DNA of 64,000 bases from positions 69,874,001-69,938,000 of the forward strand of contig NC_045699.1 in the NCBI RefSeq assembly GCF_009834535.1, read 5' to 3'. This stretch comes from Camelus ferus. Lineage: Eukaryota. The position numbers were made by a program, and so were the translations under genes. Positions 56,129 through 64,000 of the stretch are shown here, in pieces. The notes under the pieces were generated by a model. It did no database searches. It was not told the origin of the DNA and saw only the letters and a list, made by a program, of their open reading frames with translations. Position 1 is the stretch's first letter. Each line of letters begins with the position of its first letter.

Positions 56129-59100
56129 GTCTAATCTGAGCACTTATTTTACCAGCAGGGGAACCGGGGGATATTGCAGGGAAGGGGGTTGCTCAGGCCC
56201 CTCTCATAGCGAGACGGGACAGGCTAGGACTGGAGCACAGGCCAGGCCCTGTGCTGGTTTCCTGGCAGCATCGGGTCTGAAGGAGAGAGGGAGGGGCTGC
56301 AGGAGGAGAAGGAGGAGGCCCGGGCCTGTTGGAACCTGAGCCCGGGCCAGGGTTGGGGGTGCAGTCACGTAGTTCCTCAGTCATCCTGGGACGGAATTCC
56401 GGGCAGGAGCTCTGTGATTAAGCAGCAGCTCCCTCGGGTGCCCACAGTGGGGAGCGGGTGTGCCCCACGTGGGTCTCCCGGCTCAGCCAGCCAGGGGGCT
56501 GACCTCAGGATTGGACCGTGGCATGAAGTCCTGGCCTCAGAGCCGAGAGGACTTGAAAAGGGACCTGGGGCAACTGGGGTGTTGGAACCACTCAGACCTC
56601 CTCTCTGCTCCCGTGAGATGGGGTGCCCCCCACCTTCTGATGATGAACAACTGAGTTATGCAACGTTGGGGCTAGTGCAGCCTGGTGGACGAAGTGGGAG
56701 CCTAGGAATCAGGAGCCCTGGGTCTCAGCCCTGTTTCTGCTGCTAACTTGCTGTGTGACCTTGTGTCAGTCTCTCTCCCTCTCTGGGCCCCGAGTACCCC
56801 GTCAATCCACAGAGGGTGGGAGTATATCTGTGGTTCTCTAACCCTCCGCATGGAACTCTCAGGAAGAATATGACTGACACCTGAGCTCTCCTCTCTGCGT
56901 GTACATTAATTCATTCCTTCATTCAGCTTATTCACTGAGCTCACTGGACATTTCCTGAATCCCCGTTATATGTCAGGCCCTGGACCAGCATCAGGGTACC
57001 GTGGTGTCAGGGAGTTCACAGTTGGATGGGGGACCCAGCCTGGAGGCAAATGTGACACTGCGTGGTTCCTGCTGTGCTGGCGACGTACAAGGGGCTGGGG
57101 GCACAGATGGGCAGTTGCAGCCCCTGGGGGATCTGGGCAGACTTCCTGGAGGGAGGCTGGGACCTGGTGGATGAACAGATTAGGCAGATAAAGAGGAGGA
57201 GGATGTGTTTTGTAGGCAGGGGGACCTGCAGGTCCAAAGGCCTTGGAGGCTGGATGGCACAGTAAGCTCTAGAAAGTGCGGTTGTGGGTGGGAGGGTTGG
57301 CACGAGGAGGCTGGGCCATCAGGCTTCATCAGTTGGGCCTTGCCCCGTGGGGATGGGGCTGCTGCTAATGGCACCCAGGGACTGGGGCCCCACGGTGACA
57401 GTGACAGCCTCTGCAGGGGAAATGGTACAGGCTCCCTGAAGGCCCCCCACGGAGGCCAGCCTCCCTGCACCCACCCGCCCCCATTAACGCTGCAGGGCCC
57501 CCCTGCAGCTGCTCCCAGCGCTGACAGCTCCCGCTGCTGCAGCGCCAGCTCCCCTCCCGAGAGCCAGCCACCCGCAGGGACCCCTGGCCAGGAGAGGGCT
57601 TTGGGCACCTTTTGTTCTCTCTTAATTTTTTTTAATAATCTTTTAGACTCACTCAAGTAACACACAGCCACTGTGGGATATCAGGAAGCTCCAGGGGAAC
57701 ATGAGGGAAGTACGGCCCCATCCCGACCTCCGGAGCCGGCTGTGCCCCTACGTGGGTCATCGAGACCTGGCACTGGGCACGCCCCCTCCTCCTGCCCAGG
57801 GACCCGTCCTGCCCAGGGTCCTGGGGTCACAGACTAGGGCTTGTCTTCAAAACAACCCTCCCTGGCTCTGTCCTGGCCCAGGTGTGGAGATTTGAGCCTG
57901 GGACACCCAGCTAAGAAGAAGGCTTCAAGTGGAGGGACCCGGCGGGGCTGAGTCCCTTCCTGGTACCTGCTATGGGAGGAGCCCTCTGTGCCTCAGCGCC
58001 TCCATCTGTGAAATGGGGATTCCTGAACCCACTGCCCAGGGCTGAGTGGCAATTGCTCGAGGAACCAGCCAGTTAGCCCAGTGCCTGGCATGGGGCTGTT
58101 GTCCAAGTCCAAGTGGTGGTGAAATGAGGCATTTACCCTGGGTGCTGGGCTGAGACTGCCTCCCTGGGCCTCTGGCCCCTCAAGGTGCCCCAGGGGGAGG
58201 GTGGGGAGGCGCACGGAGGCCCAGCCTCTCTTACGACTTCATGCTTGCTGTGGGCACAGTTGGGATGGTGGGTGCCCACACTCCATCTCCTGCCCTCCTC
58301 CCCACCCCTCCTCGCCCCTAAGAAACAGCTGACATGTTAGCAAGAGGTCTGTCTTGCTTCCTTTCTGACATCTGACCTCGAATTCCCAAGGCTCTTTCCT
58401 TCTGGTGCCCTGAGTGTCCCTTCACCCAGCCTGGCCCCTTAGATTGTTCTCTGATGGGTGGAGGGGGGACAGTGGCTTCTCCACGTGCTCCCTCTGTGTA
58501 GGGACCCCAGTCACGGCACCACCAGCCACTTTCCCTGGATGTGGTAGGGGAGAGTGGGGTCTTCACGCAGGCTTCGGGTAGAACAAAACTTTGGGACAGG
58601 TGGGGAGTCTTCAGTGAGCCAGTGTCCCTGAGCATCTGGCCTCGTCAGTGACCTCCTTCAAACCCCACATCAGCTCCAGTCTGGGCTGCAAGGGCTTGCA
58701 AATCTTCCCCTCTTGGAGCCTCAGTTTCCTCATCTTTAAAATAGGCTTCATCATATACCTTGCTCATAAGGCGTTCCGGGGGGGATCAGGTTTGCTAATT
58801 TCCCAGCAGAGAGTGGTCCAGCAGGGGTAACAGCTGGTAGCTGATAATAGCTGATCAATCTCTCTGGCCCTTCTTTGTGCTGGGAGTCCTTGGAGGAGGA
58901 ATGTATGTCCCAGTGGGATTTGCCAAACTACCCACAGGAGCCAATTTGTGAACTGGTTTAAAAGAACACACTGAGGTCATAATACTGAGGAGCATGCCAC
59001 TGATTATTTTTTACTTCCAGCCCTGTGTCAAGGATGACTACATCATCCTCTCACTCAGTCCCCACAAGATGGCTGTGATAGCTGCCCCTGTTTATAGAAG

Positions 59101-59856
59101 AGAATTAGGCTCAGAGGGGGGAAGACACTTGCCTGAAGTTGCACAGCTAGTGAAAGGCAGAACCGGAATTTGGACTGTGAAGCCATGTTGCCATCATCTG
59201 GAGGGTCCTGTGCTGGGCACTGGGAATACAGGGTGGACAAGTCCAGGTGGAACCCATCGGGGTGCCCTCTAAGCTTGCTGCACTGCTTCCACATAGTCTA
59301 CATGGTTCCCTGGGACAGAGGCAGGGGAGCGGGTGTGGGTGCACCGGGGGTGGGGGGGGCGCAGCCTGTAGGAGGAGCCAGCTGCCGGCTGCATATGGTG
59401 GCTCTGCCCACCAGCGCCACCAGCCTGCCTGGCTCTGTGGTGCTGGGAGGGGCTCAGTGGAGAAGGTGGGGGAAGTGGGAGTGCCTTGTGCAAGATCGAG
59501 GCTTCAGGGAGAGTGTTTGTGTGAGTTTTGTTTTAGTTCCCTGTGTGGAGCCAGAAACTGAGAGGCCAAGTGCCCTATGCACAGTATTTGGGTTAATTCT
59601 CACAGTGGCTCTAATTCCCCTGGTACAGATGAGGCTCAGAGAGGTGTAGCTACCTGTCCCATGTCACACAGCTAGTGAGAGGCAGAAGTGGGATGAGCTC
59701 ATGCCTGTGGTGTCCAGGTCTGCGCTTACGACCCTGTGTGGCACTGTCTCTCTTGGGACAGGTACTCACAGCCTTCTGGAGCGCTGGGCAGTGTCTCCTG
59801 GCAGGTGGGTAATCCTGGCATCTCTTACCCTCTCTCGCCTGGTCTGCTACCTCCAG

Positions 59857-59995
59857 GTACAAAGGCTTCATCAAGGACTGCCCCAGCGGGCAGCTGGATG
59901 CAGCAGGCTTCCAGAAGATCTACAAGCAGTTCTTCCCATTCGGAGACCCCACCAAGTTCGCCACATTTGTTTTCAACGTCTTTGATGAAAACAAG
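59857..59995 (+). CDS. NCS1: NCS1 coding exon 3 ([11 protein letters not shown]...NVFDENK; EF1 and start of the EF2 loop)
   Basis: Acceptor ctacctccag, donor AAG|GTGAGC; 139 nt; open frame matching recalled NCS1. Confidence 0.98.
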
Positions 59996-60112
59996 GTGAG
60001 CTGGGGATGGATGGAGCCTGTGCCAGCCTGAGTCCCCTCCCTCCGGCAGCAGCCTGTGTGGCTCCTGCAGGCACCTGCAGCGTCTCCACACCCACAGTCC
60101 CTCTGGAGAAGG

Positions 60113-60375
60113 CACACACACGTGTGCACTCACAGTCACACATATACACACAAATGCATGCCCATGCAGGCATACCCCCATGTGCAGACACACATAAAGG
60201 CACACAAATGCATGCACACATGAACACATGTGCACTCATATTGCACACAGATGCATGCACATGTATACATTGCACAAACTCACACGTGCAAAAGGCATCC
60301 ACTGAGATACATGTATTCACACACATACCATGCACACAGACATGCGTATCTACACATATGCACGCATATGTAAAC
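60113..60375. repeat. Degenerate CA/purine-pyrimidine alternating low-complexity tract
   Basis: cacacacgtgtgcactcacagtcacacatatacacacaaatgcatg... directly visible. Confidence 0.85.
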
Positions 60376-60642
60376 CTTGAACTTCTTACAAACACAAAAT
60401 GCAAATGCCTCCAGTAGTAATAGGATTTATAGTCATAACTGACATTTATTGAACATTTACTATGTCCTAAGTGCTTTATGTGGATTATTTTTAGTGAGGC
60501 CTTACAACCAACTACCTGGAAGGGATGCCCTTTAAATACCCGCATTTTGCAGAATGAGGAAACTGAGAATTGTGTTATACATGGATCTTTTGTGCCAGCT
60601 TCTTTCACTGAGCACCAGGTTTTCAAGGCTTATCTGTGTTGT

Positions 60643-60904
60643 CTTTTTAAATTGAAGTATAGTCAGTTACGGTGTTGTGTCAGTTTCTGGTGGACAGCAT
60701 GACAGTTCCGTCATACGTGTACGTACGTGTATTCCTTTTCATATTCTTTTCCGTTCCAGGTTACTACAAGATACTGAATATAGTTCCCTGTGCTCCACAG
60801 TAGAAACTTGCCTATCTATTTTATACATAGTAGTTTATGTCTGCAAATCTTAACTTCCCAGTTTGTTTGTTTGTTTGTTTGTTTATTTCAGCCTCCCAGT
60901 TTAT
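60643..60904 (-). mobile_element. Young lineage-type L1 3' fragment with an 18-bp TSD, nested in an older L1M
   Basis: ttttaaattgaagtatagtcagttac...tgaatatagttccctgtgct...; exact flanking repeat AAGGCTTATCTGTGTTGT at 60625-60642 and 60905-60922. Confidence 0.9.
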
Positions 60905-61553
60905 AAGGCTTATCTGTGTTGTAATGTCCCCTGTCCAGCAACGGCTGCCCTGACCGTTGGCATTTCCACTGTTAGGGCGTCTGCAGTCCTCCGGACTCTG
61001 TCCCATCCAGCATTTCCCTGCTCCCTCGTGTTCACGTGGACTTGCTGGAATTTGTGTCTACGCTCCATGCTGTTGGGCGTGGACTGTTCTGTTCTGTTCT
61101 GTCATACCCTGGCTTTCTCCGCAGGTGTCCCCAGCTGACAGTCACACTACCTGGCCCTGGGGAGGGCTCTGTCCTCTCCGGGCCTCAGTTTCCTTTTTTG
61201 GGAAACAAATAGGATTGAACAGTCTAGAGCCCCGCCTTCTTCTAGAGCCCCTGAGCCAGGAGAGAGGGTCATGCGTGCTGGCGGTCCTCTGGCTCTTCCT
61301 CCCACCGGATGCGGAGTCAGGCTCTCCCTCTGGCCTCATCCTTCTCCCTGCCCAGCTTGTCCCATTTCTAATCCCCTCTCCCCGTCCCTTCCGGCCCTGG
61401 TCCCTCAACCCTTGGCTCCCATGCACTCTGCTTGGTGTCCGCTGGCCAGGGGTATCTGGTATACCTGCACTCCCCATCACCGCTTGCCCAAGGTGTGGCC
61501 TGACCAGGTGGCTGGGCACTGACTGAGGCCACCCCCACCCCTCTCTCCTGCAG

Positions 61554-61632
61554 GACGGGCGGATTGAGTTCTCTGAGTTCATCCAGGCGCTGTCAGTGAC
61601 CTCGAGGGGAACCCTGGATGAGAAGCTGCGGT
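61554..61632 (+). CDS. NCS1: NCS1 coding exon 4 ([26 protein letters not shown] + 1 nt)
   Basis: Acceptor ctctctcctgcag, donor GGT|GTAAGT; 79 nt; completes the EF2 loop [12 protein letters not shown]. Confidence 0.98.
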
Positions 61633-62699
61633 GTAAGTCCTGCCCCCTGGGCTCTGCTGGGCAGCCGTTGGATGGTCCCAGGCTGGAGGGAGGCCAAATA
61701 CCCGGGCCAGGCCATCTTGTCTGTCCAGGGCTTAGAGTAGCACAGATGTCCTGCCCTTTCAGGTCACAGGTGTTTTCTTGGAGGTGACCAGGCAGTGGGG
61801 ATGAGGCCTCCTTAGGTGGGTGGACAGATGGGGCAGGAGAGAAGGGCAACTTGAGCAAGTGTGGACATGGGACCTCAGGCAGAACAGCGTGGAGTTAAAA
61901 GACCCAGTCTTAGTGCTGGATCCACCAGGAGGCTGTTTTGATGGCTGATCTCATTCATTCACTTATTTGCTGGTTCACGCAACAGATACTGACCAAACAT
62001 GGCCATGTGTCAGTGCTGACCAGGAGACTGGGAATCCACAGGTGCATTGGATAGACGGGCACCTGCTTTCAGTCTGGCATGGGGATGTGATCCCATAAAA
62101 CCACAAAGATCCTGTAAAACTGCAACCGAGGCAGGAAGAGGGAGATGGAGCCAGCAGGGAAGGAACCAACCCTATTAGGAGTCAGGAGTTTTGCTGTTCC
62201 AGGCAGGGGAACAGCATGTGCCAAGGCCCTGAGGAGGGATGAGAGAAGGGTACAGAGAGGAGAGTGTGCACCCCTGCCGGTGCGAGGAAGGGGGTCTGGA
62301 GGGAAGACGAAAGCAGCTGGGCCAGAATTCACTTCCCATGGAGACACCTTCACTGCCTTGCATCAACACTGAGAAAACGCTGCAATTTTTTCTCTCTTTT
62401 TAGGAATAAAAGAGGATTTTATTTATGCAAAAGCTCCTCCCTGCTCCCCAGGCATATTATTTTATTTTCTAAGTTGACCATAGCAGGCTCTAGCATCATT
62501 GTGGAAAGGGAGTGGGCTGAGAGGAGGCAGAGGCTGGGGCGTGGGGAAGGAGCAGGGTGCGGGGGGCTTTGGGCTCCTCCTGAGCTCCCCGTCCTCCGTC
62601 AGCTCCAGCCTCTGAGGCCTCAGCTCTTGCAGACCAGTGCCCCCTCATTTTTATAGTCAGGTTTTTCTTCATAACCCTAGCTGAAATGGTGCGTTCGTG

Positions 62700-62701
<2 letters not shown>

Positions 62702-62744
<43 letters not shown>

Positions 62745-62745
62745 T
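62702..62745. repeat. (GT)18 microsatellite with degenerate tail
   Basis: Directly visible: perfect at 62702-62737. Confidence 0.97.
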
Positions 62746-62884
62746 CTTGATGTAACTATTCGTTGATTGGATGAGTCACGGAGCCGTTGGCTGGGCTGCA
62801 TGTTGGGGTGCAGAGGGGAGTGGGGGGTGGCTGTCTCCCCTGCCCTGGTCCAGGGCTGACTCCACCCTGGCTGGCTGGTCGCAG

Positions 62885-62973
62885 GGGCCTTCAAGCTCTA
62901 CGACTTGGACAACGACGGCTACATCACCAGGAACGAGATGCTGGACATCGTGGACGCCATTTACCAGATGGTG
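62885..62973 (+). CDS. NCS1: NCS1 coding exon 5 ([30 protein letters not shown]; EF3)
   Basis: Acceptor ggtcgcag, donor GTG|GTGAGA; 89 nt; canonical EF-hand loop [12 protein letters not shown]. Confidence 0.98.
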
Positions 62974-63306
62974 GTGAGAGGCCATGACCCATGGGGTGGG
63001 GGCGGCCCCAGGGGCGTCACATTTAGTGACTGGGCCTGGCCCGCAGGGAGCACCTCCTGGAGTAAGTTGGCCAGGCGAGGGTCCCTGCCTGGGGTTGGCT
63101 GCACATCTGCACCTTGGGGGGCAGGTGAGGGCTGGGGTGAGTGGGATGCTCCCGAGCAGCATTGCAGGTGGTGGGGGTGGGGAGGGGCGTGGACGGGAGA
63201 GGTGGTCCTCCTCTGGAACCAGCCCAGGTCCGTGGGGAATACATTGGGGCAAAGAAACTGAAGCTCAGAGTGCCAGGAGCCACCCCCACCTCTTCGTCCC
63301 TGGCAG

Positions 63307-63384
63307 GGGAACACTGTGGAGCTCCCCGAAGAGGAGAACACCCCTGAGAAGAGGGTGGACCGGATCTTCGCCATGATGGACAAG
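63307..63384 (+). CDS. NCS1: NCS1 coding exon 6 ([26 protein letters not shown]); final coding exon is outside the window
   Basis: Acceptor tcgtccctggcag, donor AAG|GTGAGA; 78 nt; cumulative CDS 474 nt = 158 codons. Confidence 0.98.
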
Positions 63385-63559
63385 GTGAGACCCCCCGCCA
63401 TAGGCACCACTGACCACCTACGGGCCTGGCTCAAGGCCGGCGGCATGCCTGGCGTGATGGCCTCTGGTCCTGTCGGCAGCCAGCCCCTTCAAACATCCAG
63501 GATTTTAAGTAAGTTTGTCCAACACTTTTTCTTTAACCAACTTAAGATTTGTAAGCTTT

Positions 63560-63980
63560 TAATTTTTTTTTTGCCATAGACCCCTTTGGCTTTCTGAAGA
63601 AGTACTTATGGACTTCTCAGAATAATGGTTTTAAGTGCATCAGATAAAATCCATAGGCTCAAGAAGGAAGCTATTTTGGAATACAGCTATCGAAATATTT
63701 TTTAAAAAGAATTTGTGATGTGGTGTTATATGGGCTTCCGTATGAGCACGCTGGATCATGAGAGACAGTGGTGGGTCTGACGCCCCACGATGCTGAAGCC
63801 GTGACACACACGTGGGAGGCACGTGTGGTGCCTGCAGCAGCCGTGACGTGCTATGAAAGTGCCGTGCTCCCCACCGGTGACACAGTCACAGGTACCGCTG
63901 GTTCTGGGGGGACCGTCACCTAGATTCCGCATGGAAGGAAGAGCTCAGTTTCAGTTAGAAGTTAGTGAAAAGAAAGACCC
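63560..63980. mobile_element. hAT-Charlie DNA transposon relic (Charlie4a-like)
   Basis: gccatagacccctttggc...cttctcagaataatggttttaagtgcat...ggtgacacagtcacaggtaccgct...tttcagttagaagttagtgaaaagaaagac follows a recalled Charlie-family consensus. Confidence 0.6.
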
Positions 63981-64000
63981 CCACGTCCCCTGTTTTAGTT

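Noticed and set aside
59850-59865. Exon 3 begins with GT (CAG|GTACAA), a possible re-splicing site
   Set aside because: The reconstituted donor TG|GTACAA is weak, and the bases are dictated by the W-Y-K codons.
63385-63579. Open frame continuing from exon 6 into intron 6 (alternative C-terminus by intron retention)
   Set aside because: The donor AAG|GTGAGA is canonical, the read-through peptide runs into a transposon relic, and there is no evidence of use.

Overview
Mammalian genomic DNA in a GC-rich region, most likely camelid, judged from a tRNA-Ala-derived SINE with a camelid-type tail and Cetartiodactyla-type L1 3' ends. Two + strand genes are supported. (1) The end of GPR107: last coding exon 1927-2023 and a long 3' UTR with candidate polyA signals at 4902 and 6882. 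(2) NCS1 (neuronal calcium sensor 1/frequenin): a CpG-island promoter at about 24.5-25.9 kb and coding exons 1-6 (25164-25227, 48635-48659, 59857-59995, 61554-61632, 62885-62973, 63307-63384). These join in frame through canonical GT-AG sites into 158 codons; the last coding exon lies beyond the window. The rest is intron or intergenic DNA with many MIR, L2, L1, hAT MITE and MaLR relics and microsatellites. Nearly all ORF-track entries are spurious GC-rich or repeat-derived frames. Repeat subfamily names and human comparisons come from recalled consensus or protein sequences, not from a search, and repeat boundaries are approximate. I found no demonstrably new biological system. The best leads are hidden splicing architecture in the NCS1 introns: two polypyrimidine-CAG|GTRAG sites resembling recursive splice sites with stop-containing RS-exons, two sense-strand (UG)n repeats abutting cryptic donors (TDP-43-type layout), and a candidate alternative first exon. 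There is also a compact MEIS/PBX-HOX/RFX motif cluster and some unusual retroposon insertions. All of these are hypotheses that need RNA-seq or alignment.
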